Shown here in pieces: positions 26,901 through 41,900 of a stretch of DNA of 64,000 bases. The notes below the pieces were generated by a model that saw only the letters and a list, made by a program, of their open reading frames with translations, was not told where the DNA came from and did no database searches. Origin of the DNA: Glaucostegus cemiculus (taxonomy: Eukaryota); NCBI GenBank assembly GCA_976551045.1, contig CDPCPM010000115.1, forward strand, positions 1,302,001 through 1,366,000, written 5' to 3'. Each line of letters opens with the position of its first letter. The stretch's first letter is position 1. Both the position numbers and the translations under genes were made by a program.

Positions 26901-29900
26901 AAGATTCCTCACATGAAATGCCTGAAAAATGTGTTGTTTGTCCAAAGCAAAATAAGCATTGCTGCATTACCAATTGTGTTTTGTTAGGTTATTAAATAAC
27001 TACAATAATATTGGTGGCGGATTTATGGAATTCCTTGCCACAGAAAGCAGTGGAGGCCAGATCATTGGAGATATTCAAGAAGGAGATAGATAGATATCAA
27101 ATTGGTCAAGGTATTAAGGGATATGGAGATAAGGCTGAAATTTGGGGTTAGAATAAGTTCCCCCCCCCTTTCCCCCCACACCCCTTCCCTTTGGAACAGA
27201 CTTGACGGGCTGAGTGGCCTACTTCTGCTCCCTTGTCTTGTGATCTTGTGATCAATAGTAAAATAAAGAAGTTTGGATATTAGCTGATAAGAATCTGAAC
27301 ACTCTGTGAAAACCTAGACTAATCAGTTTGACTTGTTTTCTTTCTCAACCAGTTATGCTGTCAATATATAAATGAACACCATTGTTTTTGAATTGCACAT
27401 TAAAATTTAAAAATCAACATTACAAGTTTGACTTAGAAGACTCCGAAAAGAAGAAGAGGTATAAAAATTCACGTCTACTGCTTGAAATGTTAGTAGTCCT
27501 CTTGAATGTTTGTTAGGCTAAATAAACCAAGCTATAAAATTCTAATCAGAAATATTCCCCTATTCAGACAAATACAAATAACAGCATGGTAGCATAGTGG
27601 TTAGCACAATGCTTTACAGCGCCAGTGACCCGGGTTCAAATCTGGTCACTGTCTGTAAGGAGTTTGTATGTTCTCCCTGTGTCTGTGTGGGTTTCCTCTG
27701 GGTGCTCCGGTTTCCTCCCACTTTCCAAAGATGTACAGGTTAAGAAGCAATGAGCATGCTATGTTGGCGCCGGAAGCATGGTGACACTTGCGGGCTGCCT
27801 CCCAAAATCACTATGCAAAAGATGTATTTCACTGCGTGTTTCGATGTACATGTGACTAATAAAGATCTCATCTTACTTGTAGTTCATTCACTAATGAGAT
27901 TATTTGGGAAAACCGTGCATCAAAATGAATTATATTAAAGAATAATCATATATTGAACATAAACTTTGGTTTAAAGTACAAAGTGATAGAGATTTATTAG
28001 ATGGCCCCAAGGGACTAAATGGACTTAAGAACAGCTTTTTCCTGGTTGCTAACAGACTCCTGAACCAATCACTGCTTTCACAGCCTCTTCCTGGTTATGC
28101 TGCCATGTTCTCATATTCTTAATTCTAACTTTCAGTTATTCCACTGTTGTTACTTTAGCTTTTTTTTTGTTGCACTACCTCAGAATGCACTACAATCTTT
28201 GCACCATTCTGCTATTTTGCGCTTGTTGTTGTACTTATTGTTGTGTTGCATTTATTATTACCATTCATACTGTTTACTATGAGCTTCATGCGAACAAGAA
28301 TTTCACTACTTTCTGGTGTACTGTATATGACAGCAAACTATTTTACAAAGGACATAAAAATTTACTTCCTCTTACTTTTGTGCTGTGACCCAAGTACCAG
28401 ACGTGTAGAGATGAAGCTTACCCTTAGCAAAGCCTTCTGCATCTCAGGTTCATACTCATTGCCTGCTGCTTCAATGCATTGCTGTACAGCCTCAAACAAG
28501 AGGTTTTGTTCCTTTATCTCTCGTAAATATTCATCAGCTTTCTGGCTCTCTTTCTATGAACAAAATGAAGATTGCATTTTAATCTAACAGACAAAGTAAC
28601 ATGCTCTCCAAAATTATTTTGTGTTATAATTCTAGCAAAATGTAGATTTTTTTTCCTTACTGAGAACAATAAAACTCAGGCAACATTAGACAACTTTTCA
28701 TAGTTGAATCTCATTCCTTGAACTTTGATTCTGTGATAAGGTGTCAAATGGGACACCGAATCAAAGGTGATCAGTATTTGCACTTCACAAGTCAAAACCA
28801 GATGGCAGAGACTGAGCCTAAACAGAAACATTGCATTCAACTGTGGGTTCAGTGTTCGCGGAACTTCACTCTGGCACAATGCCCTGAAGTTAATTGAGAA
28901 CCTACATTTCTGAACTACCTCCTATCCTCACAATCTGAACACAAGGAACATAAACAGGATCCAGGGCAATGGAGCAACAAGAGGGAGCATCAGCACTGAA
29001 AGAGATATGTGGCCAGTTGGCCTTTTCTTGTCAGTAAATTAAGTTTCATGGAAACCTTCCTTCATTGAATCAGTGTCCAGGGAGTGACTTAAAAAGCTGG
29101 TGCTGCGCAGAATTTAGGATTACCACATTGATTTCCCAGGCTATGAGCAGGTTATGTAACCCGAACAATTTGTAAATTGGGAATGCAACCGTGGACCAAG
29201 CTTCCACAGGTCAGAAGATGGCTGCTGCAGCCAGCAAGTCCACACCACCAGTCTCCCATGCGCTTGTTCATATGTAGGGGCTGTACATAACTTGGGTGTT
29301 CATAAGCTGTGGAGGATCTGTACTTAAAAAGATGTGACCTAGATTTGTAACTATATTTCAATAATATAAATTTGTTTTAATTATTTGGCGGGATTGTAGT
29401 CGATGGATACATAAAAATTCAGAAGCAATAGTAAAAGAATCGACGTGGTTAGTGAGATGGCAAGGACAAAGAAACTAGTGTTAAACTGAGTTTTAGTAGG
29501 GGAGGCAATAATTGGGGTTAATGTAACCAGAGCAAGGAAAACTTACGAAAGCAGTTACAATTCTTAACAGCATTTATGAATAGAGTTCTAGGAATACAAA
29601 TAGATCTTTAAAAAGGTAGGAGTGCGGAAAGAAAAGGTAGAAACAAAATAGACAAGGCATTTCACAGATGTGTGCAAAATGTGATGTTAAGCCAAAGGAG
29701 GGATGACCAAAAGCTTGGTCATGGAGGAGACATGTGAGTATGGTTTTGTGCAGGATTAAATCCATTTGCAGAGGATATAGGGTAAAGTACATGTCTTTTG
29801 TCCAAACAATTGTTGTTATGCTCTTTGTTCTAACTTTGATCTGTTAAAATTGAATAGTTGTAACTTTTGATTAAGGGCAAATGACTTTAAATGCAAAATT

Positions 29901-32900
29901 GATGGAAAGACCAACAGCAAAATATACCTCGTATTCTTTATGAGCTTCCAGCAGAAGTGCACCAGGTGCCATGGAAGCAATTTTGAAAATATCTTGACAA
30001 GCAGCTGAAAACAATGTAAAAAAAAGTAAGCAGCTAGCAAAAATCACATGATTTGTTCTCACAATATTATATCTAAAGGACAGCAGCTTTAAACAGCTTT
30101 AAACAAAAAAAGTGAAGAAAGATCATAAAAAGCAAATGGGACTCTTTACAATTAAAAGGTCTATTTTCCTTTCAAAGGTTAAATGAAACTAAAATGATAT
30201 TTATATTGCACTTTAATTTGAAAAATAAAGCCCCAAGGCATTTCACAGAGGTGTAAAATGAATATAAACATGAAGCCAAAAAATATATTAGAAGGATTAT
30301 CGAAATACAGATGACCCCCATATCATGGCCATTTGGGTAATAGAAATTTGCTCTTACAGAATTCAAAAATCACGACCCAAAACTTTGAAATAGGGAATAA
30401 AATTTGCTCTCATGGAATTTATGCGAGAAAAAAATACATAAATAAACACAAAATTTATTTTGTTTCAACTCACGTTTCTTGGCGTATGCGTAGATGACCC
30501 ATAAGACATAGGAGCAGAATTAGACCATTCAGCCAATCTAGTCTGCTCCACCTTTCAATCACAGCTGATTTATTTTTCCCTCTCAACCCCATTCTCCTGC
30601 CTTCTCCCCATAACCTTTGACACCCTTACTAATCAAGAACCTATCAACCTCTGCTTTAAATATACCTAGTGACTTGGTCTCCACAGCCGTCTGTGACAAT
30701 GAATTCCACAAATCTACCAACCTTTGGCTAAAGAAATTCCTCTTCACCTCTGTTCTCAAGGGATATTCTTCTATCCTGAGGATGTGCCCTCTGGTCCTAG
30801 ACTCTCCCACTACTGGAAACATACTCTTGACGTCCACTCTATCCAGGCCTTTCAATATTCAGTAGGTTTCAATGAGATCCCCCCTTATCCTTCTTAACTC
30901 CAGCATGTACAGGCCCAGAGTAATCAAACGCTCCTCATAAATTAAACCTTTCATTCCAGGGATCATTCTTGTAAACCTCCTCTGGACCCTCTCTTATGTC
31001 AGCACATCCATCCTTAGATATGGGGCCCAAAACTGCTCACAATACTCCAGATGTGGTCTGACCAATGCCTTATAAAGCCTCAGCGTTACATCCTTGTGTT
31101 TATATTCTAGTCCTTTTGAAATGAATACTAATATTGCATTTGCCTTCCTTACTACCAACTCAGCCTGCAAGTTAACCTTTCGGGAATCCTGCACTAGGAC
31201 TCCCAAGTCCCTTTGCACCTCCGATTTCTGAATTCTCTCCCCATTTAGTAAATAGTCTATGCCTTTATTCCTTCTACCAAAGTGCATGACTATACACTTC
31301 TCTGCGCTGTATTCTATCTGCCACTTCTTTGCCCATTCTCCCAACCTGTCCAAGTTCTTCTGCAGACTCCCTGCTTCCTCAGCACTACCTGCCCCTCCAC
31401 CTATCTTTGTATCATCTGCAAACTACGCCACAAAGCCCTCAATTCTATCATCCAGATCATTAACATATAATGCGAAAAGTAGCAGACCCAACACCAATCC
31501 CTGCATAACACCACTAGTCACTGGCAGCCAACCAGAAAAGGCCCCCTTTATTCCTCCTCTTTGCCTTCTGCCAGTCAGCCAACCTTTTATCCATGCTAGT
31601 ACCTTTCCTGTTATACCATGGGCTCCTTTCTTGATTAACAGCCTCATTTGCGGCACCTTATCAAAGGCCTTCTGAAAATCCAAGTAAACAATATCTACTG
31701 ACTCTTTGTCTACCTTGCCCGTTACTTCCAACAAATTTGTCAGACAAGATTTCCCTTCAAGGAAACCATGCTGATTTCAGCCTATTTTATCATCTGCTTC
31801 CAAGTATCCTGAAACCTCATCTTTAATAATGGACCCTAACATCTTAATCACTGAAGTCAGGCTAACTTGGCCTATAATTTCCTGGCTTTTGCCTCCCTCC
31901 CTTCTTAAAGAGTGGAGTAACATTAGCAATGTTCCAGTCCTCTGGAACCACTCCCAACTCTAGTGATTCTTGAAAGATCACTACTAAAATGCCTCCACAA
32001 TTTCTTCATCTACCTTTTTCAGAATCCTGGGGTGTAGTCGATCCAGTCCAGGCGACTTATCTACCTTCAGACCTTTCAGTTTCCCAAGCACTTTCTCCTT
32101 AATCATAGCAACTACACTCACTTCTGCCCCCTGACGCTCTCTAATTTCTGGCATGTTGCTGGTGTCTTCCACAATGAAGACATGCAAAATACTTATTTAG
32201 CTTGTCTGCCATTTCTTTGTTCCCCATTACTACCTCTCCAGCATTATTTTCCAGTGGCCCAATGTCCACTCTTGCCTCCCTTTTACTCTTTATATCTCTG
32301 AAAAAACTTTTGGTATCCACTTTTATATTATTGGCTAGCTTATCTTCATGTTTCATCTTTTCTCCCCTTATTGCTTTTTTAGTTGCCTTCTGTTGGTTTT
32401 TAAAAGTTTCCCAATCGTCTAGCTTCCTACTAATTTTTTGCAATATTGTATGCCCTCTCTTTTGCTTTTATGCTGTTTTTGACTTCCCTTGTCAGCCACA
32501 GATACCTCATCCTCCCTTTAGAATGCTTCTCCTTTGGGATAAACTGATCTTGCTTCTTCCAAATTACTCCCAGAAACTCCTGCCATTGCTGCTCTACCAT
32601 CATCCCTTCCAATCAACTTTGGCCAGCTCCTCTTTCATGCCTCTGTAATTACCTTTACTCAACTGTAATACTGATACATCTGATTTCAGCTTCTCCCTCT
32701 CAAACTGCAGAGTGAATTCTATTATATTATGATCACTGCCTCCTAAGAGTTCCTTTACCTTAAGCTCCCTAATCAAATCTGGTTCACTGCACAACACCAA
32801 ATCCAGAATTGCCTTTTGCTTAGTGGCCTCAACCACAAGCTGCGCTAAAAAGCCGTCTCATAGATATTCTACAAATTCCCTCTCTTGGGATCCAGTACCA

Positions 32901-35900
32901 ATCCGATTTTCCCAACCTGCTTCATGTTATTGAAAATCACAATGCATTTTCGAGCAATGCAACTCATCCTCCCCATAAGGGGGGTGTTGCCTATACTTGG
33001 TCTTAAAAGGGGTGGAAAGCAGAGGGGTTGAGAGAAACCATTTCAGAGCGTGGGAGCCAAACAGTAAGCAACGACTGGGAATATTACAGAATATTTAATT
33101 ATTTTGTGAACAAGTTTTGCTGATATCACTTATTTATTATCAATCCTTGCTTTACCCGATACAAAGATACGAAAGAACAAAGCGTGCTGAAAATATACAG
33201 CAGGTCAGGCAGATTTAAAAAAAATGAAAATAGGATCTCATTTCAAATGTAAAGACTGTGACACTAAAAACGTATTTCTGCATCAAAATATTAATGTATT
33301 TCTTTCTAATCTCTTCCAGTGCTTCCTTCTGGCATTGTTTTTATTAGAAAATCCCCCCATTTTACATGTAACATACTTGCAATATTTAAAGTAAGTGCTG
33401 CTTTTTCTCAAACACAGTACTTACGTGGGACCTCATGTAGAAACTCATGACTGTTAGAGCTGATAATACGAACCCCGTCAATCTCAGGTACTAAATGAAC
33501 ATCCTCATCTAGATAAAATCTGATCTTTAGTTTAGGATTTAAATGAATTCAGTGCTTAGGAATAGTGAATATTAGGCCATAAGTAGCAGCTGCATACCAT
33601 TAGTTTTTCAAGCTAGTTCATGTGACAATAAACTAGAACCAAAGCAAATTTCTCTTTCCTGCATGAAATTTGAAAACCCAAGTGAATATTTTCTTTATTC
33701 CACATTCAGTTTTCAAATTTGTTTCATTCTTTCTATTGACAAGCTCTCAAGTTTGAAACTCTATCATAAATATTCTGCAACAACAGTTTTTGATATTTTG
33801 TTTGATACTCTCCCTCCTGTAACTGCAGTTAAAGCATTGAGAGTGGTGGTGTCTTCACATCATTTCTTATTTAAATCAATGCTGCTGTTCCACAAGGCAG
33901 GACACCTTAGTTAGTTGTTCCTTGCCTCCTGATCATAAAAATGCTCTACACACTTAGCTGAGAACTTGTAGACTCCACTTTTGAAAATAAAGGCAACTGC
34001 TGCCAGGTTGCTTTGTCAAATCTAAGGGTGAATATACATTGTATACTTTTTGTGCTTTATATTGTCCTGATGGGCTATCTTAGCCTTACACCCTTACATA
34101 TCCCTATGTTCCAAAAGCAAGACAAACATTTGATGGATCAACGGCAGCTATAGCACAAGGATACTTAATGGTCTCCTCTGAACTTCCAGCAATGAAAAGT
34201 AATTTATCCCAGATACCAACTACAGTAGGATTAGTACTTTTTGGTCTGTTACACCTGAAAATACAAAGAGAAAGGTCATTAAAATTAACATCATATTCTC
34301 ACACATATGCAAATATAGCTAAGCCAAATGAGAGAATGCTGAGGTTTTGTGTATCTTTTTTGTTGAACACTGGCTCAATGTAAATTTGAGCACGAAAATG
34401 TTTAGCATTTAAGGTTCATTGTGAAACACAGCACAGAAAATTACAAGATAAACTATCCCAACATGTTAGCAAATAAGTTAAAAGATTTTGGATTTAAAGT
34501 GCCAATTTACAATTTGTAAAAAAATGTACCATTGTTTGAACTTTGATGAAGCCAATCTTATATATTATTGTTACTAAATTTAATCTGTATAATACGTTAA
34601 TGAAGATAAATAGTGTGGTTATTCAAAAGTATGTTAATCCACATTGATTACGATGGCTTGTAGTGACCCGCGCTACCGAGGCCTGAAACGCCATTGGGGG
34701 CCACGGGACAACACGCGAGATTGTGTGGTGACGTCATGAGGTGGAACTTCCAGCGTGACGCCGATGTCACTTCCGCCACAAAGTTTTTTGGGTTTTTCTG
34801 TGCATGCGCGCGTTTTGTACTGTCAATAAAAATGTGTTTAGCTGAGTCGCCACGTCTCCAAGTCTCTCTGAGCCACATTTCGCGGGTGACTACAGGCTCA
34901 AAATTGGCTAAATAGTGGGGGATAGGGTATTTAACACATTCATTTAATTACCGGTTAATTTCTGAAAACCACTCAATGGATTAGAAAGAAATCTTCCTCA
35001 AAGCACATTATAGCACAGTTCAAACACATAATCTGTGCAGATTAAAACAAAATCAATAAAAGATATGCATTATCCTTTCCTTTTACTACACAATTAGAAC
35101 ACTACTATTTTTGCAAAGTATCTCCAAATGGCGAGGAAAAATTGAAAGGCAACAGAGAAAGGGCCAGTGTGGAATTAGAGCGTTGCTTTGAGAGAGAGCG
35201 AGAGAGTGAGAGGGCTGTTGTCGACATGATATGGCAAATAGCCTCCTTCTGTGCTATAACCATTCTACGGTTCAGACGACTTCTTACATCTAACATTCAC
35301 TTCTGAACTCATGAGCCCAGCCAAGCAACCAACCCCAAGCAAGTTCCCTTTCATAACCTTGAAGGAATGTAGAAGGGAGGCTTTCCCTCAAATTCACTGA
35401 AGACATGACCTTGTATGAGTGACAGGAACTTACTGGACAAGTCCTATAGCAAGCTTTCTCATTCATAGACTGACTGCAGATCAGGAAGAATGCCAAACTG
35501 TCTGCTTTTGAATGTCATTAAATAGAGGTTCTGCCTTCGCAGGGGTGGAGTGGTAGACAACACAAATTTAGTAAGAGTCAGGGTGCATGAACATCTTTTA
35601 TACTTCCAACACTAAATTTGGCAGCAAGTTTTACCCAAATTTTCATATGGAGAGAATCTCAGTACAGAAGTACCATTATAGAGTGCTGGGAGCAATGAAG
35701 GAGTCCCTTTAGATTGCCCACACAGTTCCTCAATATCCTTACTCAGAGGATGTTGAACTGTTATTGATGAAAAGACCTCAACTGGCCACTATCAGCTTAT
35801 GTTTACCAAGAAACTGATTTAAAAAAATAAATTCATTGGATCAACAAGTCACACCCATGCCACCTTACCAAACAAACTGCTTAGGTGGTGTTTGGAAATT

Positions 35901-38900
35901 CGTGTCAATCACGCACAACATGTCCTGGAAAAAAAATGCAGGGTAAATTTTAAATATTTACTTAGTGCAACAGAAATCCTGTTTTACATATTTATAAACT
36001 AGACCAATAAAACAAGTACAATAAACATTCAACAGTATGCTAAACAAAACTACTTCTATACCACCCTTGTATTATGTATTTCACTTTTCTCTGTTCATTA
36101 GTTCTCCTCCTCCATGTCTACTCCTTCACAACATATGCATTCCATACCTCTCATGCTCAAAATACAATTAATACAATTAACTGTGAAATATTTAATTATA
36201 AAACCTTTATTACCAGCTAGAGTGATAGTGAATACATATTGAACAGAAGTTTAACCCCTGTAGATTGTGCTAAACATGCAATATGGAAGTAGCGGGAAAT
36301 TGTACTTTGTTCAATAATAGAAAGAAATTTTGGATGTGGAGCACAACTTGCAGCTCCTACTATATTTGTACATCTTTTTGCAAATGCAAGGATTTCCTCT
36401 CACACTTGCTGGTAGGTTCAGTAGCTACTGTAAATTATCGAATAGTGTAGGTTAATGGCAAATAGAACCAAGGTGGGGAGTTGACGGGCGTGTTTCAGAG
36501 AGAATAAGTTGTAGAGCCACAGAGAAATAAGGAGAGGAATAAGGCTGACAGGATGGATTCTGATGGCCAATTGGCATCCTTCTAAGATACGGTACAAGAG
36601 ACTGAGAGCTTATTGCATGCAGCATATATTGAAGTTCCATCCACATATCTGCAGTTATTGCAGTCCTAAGAACACAAAAAAATATATAAAACCTTTTACT
36701 GACAAACTGCATGACCTGCTGAGTTCCTCCAGTAGTTTGTTTTTTGCTCCAGATTTCAGAATCTGCAGTCTCGTATCTCCACAAACTTTAACTACTCTGT
36801 CCATGCAATCTTATCCTACAGCCTCCCTTTTCTCACCACAGACAATGAACACTGATGTTGCTCCTTCAAATCCAGGCCTGCGCTTCCTGCAATCAAAGCC
36901 TCAACACCTCCAATGAGGTTTCTGTCCCAATTGAAAAAGCCCATAGCAAAGTCAAAGTCACAAATGACATCCAATGGGACAATCACTCCTCAAATTTTCA
37001 TGACAATTCTAAAATCTAGTTCTTGGCACCACTGAAAGTATATTTCCCCGCTGCTTCTGGACTATATTACAAACTCTACCTTTAATACTGAGTTTCTCCT
37101 CTTTGTTGTATGCTCCAATCTCAACTCCAACTAATGTGAGACATTTATATATCCATGTTTTTATATATACACACACATACACAAACACTAGCCCAACATA
37201 CAAAATTCTTCTAAAAGTTTCCCTCATTGCAGCCCTGAACTTGCATCTTTAACTTTCTTCCCTCTCCTTCCATGTACATTTGCTCATTTTGTCCATTAGG
37301 TCCAACTCTTGTTCTATAAACCCTTTGCCAAACAGACTGCTGATAATCCATCATCTCATTAGCTGATGAACTTCCCTCTGATCTTTACTCACTTAAAAAT
37401 GCAAAGTCATCATCTTCCTCAAGAAACCCTGATCTCATACCCTTGCAAACTGCTCCATTCCTTCATGAACTCTCCCAAATTCTTGAATGCAAAGTTGTCT
37501 TCAAATCCATGCCCAAATTTCTTGTAGTGGCCTGAATCCGTCCAACCAAATTTCTGCCTGCAGCACAATTCTCAAATGGCTCCTCACGTGAAAAATGTAA
37601 ATTGGTCTTCTCTCACCTCCTTGATCCATCTGTAACCTTTGACATCTGAACACATTGCTCTCCTTCAATCAATGCCTCATTTTGTCATCCAGTTTAGTTG
37701 GGCTACAGTTGTCTGGTTCCATGCTTGGCTGTCTAATGGTTGCCAAAGAATAACCTGTAGAAGCTTCTCTTCCTTCACTGCTACACTACTTCTTCCCTCA
37801 CCCCCAGGACCAACTGTTGCCCCCCTCTTGCTTCTCCTTCACACATTGCCCTTAACAAAATCATCCAAAAACAGTATTATTTTACACATGCAAATTGAGG
37901 CCACCTAGCTCATGCACATGTCCCAAACCTTATAAATTGTCAGACAGCTTACCTTACTGCCCATGAGCAGAAATTTCCCCCAACCAAAATGTTAGATGTT
38001 CAAAGCCATTATCTTTATTGTCTATCAGAACTATCGCTCCCAAACTAACAAATCAATCCTTTTCCATGCCATCTCTCTGAGGCTTAACTGTTTTGCAACC
38101 TGTTTTGCATCAGAACACAAGAGACCATCCAATCACCTCCCCATAATTATTAAAGCTGTCCATTTTCACATGCATAATCACCTGATTCTGTATCCACATG
38201 CATGCCTTTCTTACCTGAAGATGGCTGTTCCAATGCAGTCCTGGCCAACCTCATTCATTCTGCTCCTTGTTGACTGCAGCTCATACAAAGGAGCTGCTCA
38301 TGCCCTACCTTGGACCCTCCTTCCTTGAGCCCCTTGATCAAATTTGGCTCCTGGTTAGTCAATATTCCAACTTCACAATTTTTATCCTTGTTTCCTTAAA
38401 CCTCCACAGCCTCATCTCAACCTATCTCTGTAATCTCTTTCAATCACTCACACACACACATATATATACACACACATATATATGTCCTTCAATCTTCTGA
38501 AGCTTTCGTGCTCCTCCAGCTCCAGCCTCCTGGACAACCCAGATTTTAATTATCTACAGTTGGAGGACATGCTTTTCAGCTCTCTGAGCTCCACACCCTC
38601 TTGGCCTCTCTCTGATCAAGTTTTTGCTTACCTCACTACAACATTATGAAGTTCAACATCATATTTTGTTTTCTGACCTGTCTTGCCACATACAAGTTTT
38701 AATTGTTGTTGCATTGTTTAACTTTCTGTAAAATTAGGCTTAAATAACTACATTCAATCTGATGAAGGGTCACCAACCAAAAATGTAAACTCTACTTCTC
38801 TTTCCACAGATGATGCCTAATCTGATGAGTGTTTCAGGACTTTGTTTTTGTTTCAGATTTCCAGCAGCTACAGCATTTTAATTTTGAACTTAAATCAATT

Positions 38901-41900
38901 ATTTCATTTGATCACCTCACAATAACTAAGAAATCATTGCAATCACACTTCAAAAATAAAAAAAAATGCAGATGCTGGAAACCTGAAATAAAAAACAGAA
39001 AATGCTGGAAATAATCAGATCAGTGGCCTCTGTGGAAATAGTAACAGGAAGCACGAGTTATCTCAAGTTGGAGGATTCAATATAGAGTCCAGAATGCTGC
39101 AATGTGCCCAATCATGCTTAGACTGCTTATCTCACCTTCAATGAAGAAGAACCCATCCAAATACTGCCAGTGTCTGTGAACAGAGCAAGCCGTTTATAAT
39201 TGAATGAAATAGCAATTTGGGTAAATCCACATACTTGAGGCCCCAGCCCAGGAGGACTCTGTAACAGAAAAAGTTCACTTTAAATTAAATTTACTTATTT
39301 TTCTGTACTTTTTTTGAACCAACAACTTCTCTCTAATACTTTAGCACTCAGAAATAAAAACATCTCTGTTTCTCTTTAATTATTTGCTATATATACAGGT
39401 GATGCGGTTATTCTCCAATTTTCTCTTGTATAAAATAATATGCTTCTTCTTATGATCACGGTTAACAATGGAAAGTAGCTACATGCTGCATTTGGTTAGA
39501 ATCTGTATCTTACCAACTCATGGCTAATTGTGACGTACCACAAAATAGCAGAAGCATGATACTTCTGTGACATTATATGTTATAAATATTCTTCCCATTA
39601 TTAGGCAGACCCAATACACTTAACAGTTTAAGTCAATTTAGAAAGATCATGGAAACTTACCATTTCCCTTCAACATTTTAGTTGCTACCATATAATTTTG
39701 TTAATTGCTTTTCGGTCAAGTATTTTCCGATTATCATATTGCTGTACACTGGTACCCTGCTTAGCGCTAACCTGCAAATTGCTGATTTGATAGAGAGCTC
39801 TTGGCTCTGCAGATCAAACACTCATGGGTACATACCCACCAAAGACATTCATTTGGTTGTTTGTTGTGGTGCCAGGAACCTGGCGTGATCCCCTTCCCTC
39901 ACCACTGCTGCACGCAGTTGTGCCAGTGGTCACTGACAGTTAAGCTTGTCAACATATAGAAATCCGTGGGCAGGGGAGGGCTGTGAAGCCAAACAAAGAG
40001 GTCGAGACAGCAGCAGCTTCCAGCTTATCCACTGAGAGGATAACACAGACTGTGGGATTCTGGATAGTCTGCAACACATGGAGCAGCCACCACTCATCCC
40101 CTTGCCAGAGAGCAGCCCTGAGCTTCACATCTCACCGCTGAACTGCTGCACAACTCGTCCCAGCCCCATCAGCACCAGCCCAAACAGGCATACTCTACGC
40201 ATTACTGGTGTGGTACACTCCACACCAAACCATGGAGTGATAAGATCACCACTTCATTATTGCAGGAGGGAGAGGAGAAGCAAGGGGTCACACCAGGTTT
40301 CTGGTGCAGCGACAGAGGTCAGGGAAATGCATAAAGTTCCTGGCGCAGCAACAGGGAGAGTAGAGGTTCATGCCAGGTTCACATTACAGCAATGCTGTCA
40401 TTAAAGAGACTCTTTATGCTATAATGAGACCTTTAAGTACTGTTCCTATTAGCTCTCTTGTTCCTGGGAAACCATTCCAAGCTGTAGGCTTGTCTCGATA
40501 AAGATTAACGTCTTGATAAAGGACTTAGCTTTATTGAAACATTGATTGTCACATTTCTTAAACTACAACATGAATACACATAAAAAGTACTCTGGACAAA
40601 GAGGCTTTGGCAGTTCAAGATCATAAATGGAAATATTTCTTTCTCATTCATCATCTCTGGAGGTCAGGGAATGAATAAATGTATATTTATCTAGCAATTT
40701 TCTTAACTTCAGAATAACAATTTGTCTTTAAAATATGTTGCTGTGTAATTTCAGCAGTCAATGTTACAACATACAGATCAGGAACAACAATCAACAATGG
40801 GAAAACTTTCAGATGCACATTTTTTGATGTAAAGGAATTGTGATCCCAGAGACGTCTCAGGCCTCAGGTCAGTGCCACATTGCAGTGTCTAGATTCAGGA
40901 TGTAGTGCTATTTTATGGCATCAAATCTCAGTGCTCAGATCAAACCTATTCCAATATCATCTGCTGTTCAAAAGCAGCATTCAAGTACACGTCTGTTTGT
41001 TTGTCCAGGTCACCTACACACTGTTAATGTGGCACATGCTGAAAATATTTTAATCAACATTTAGCTTCTAATGTGAAATGCACTAGATGCCCAGCTTCTC
41101 CTACAACGCTCAGGCAGATATTTTGCTTACCACAGACTGGTAGGATCCATTATCTAGGACATACAAATCCTTCCCATTAGCCAGAATAATTTTAGTCTGT
41201 CGATCTTCCATCAATACAGCCCAGCACGTTGGTGGGCATTTTAATCCTGTTGGAAAAACATTCAGAATCCTTCAGTATATTTTTAAAACAAATGTTTTAA
41301 ATCTGTAATGTTCTCTCCTTTATAACCTCTCTGAATAAAGGTGAAATACAAGTTGGTTTCACTAGGCCAGTCATATTATGATTATAAGCATACTTAAATT
41401 GCAAGAGGAATTTTAAAATTGCAGCTGAGTAATGGACAAGACAGACAAAATTGTGGAAAAGTCACAAAGACATTATTAATGATAATTTGTACTCAATGCA
41501 GATGGCTTTGTGCAGTTTGCTGCAGGTGGGGTATTTAGCTTCCTCTCACATCTGGGCCTGTAGAATCAGCCCAATCGAACCCCACGAGCAGGTCCCTCTA
41601 GCCTATTGATTGCCCTTAACAGTAAGGCAGACCAATTCCCCATATCTTCTACAACAATCATGTTCAGAATCAGAATCAGTTTTATTGTCACAACCATATA
41701 CATACATAGTATGCATAGGAGGGAGATACCGTCCTCCTCAGGTGCTCGTCTCATAAAATAACATAACAACCAACAGAGACACACATACACACTTGACAGA
41801 ATAAACATTACAAAACATTAAACATTAAAAGCTACGGAAGTTAAAATTAAATTAGTACGCAGATTAAATTAAAAGTGGCCGGTAAATAAATAAAGTTATT

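Noticed and set aside
27581-27660. tRNA gene
   Set aside because: A and B boxes are present, but they run into a V-SINE core and I see no complete cloverleaf, so this is a SINE head.
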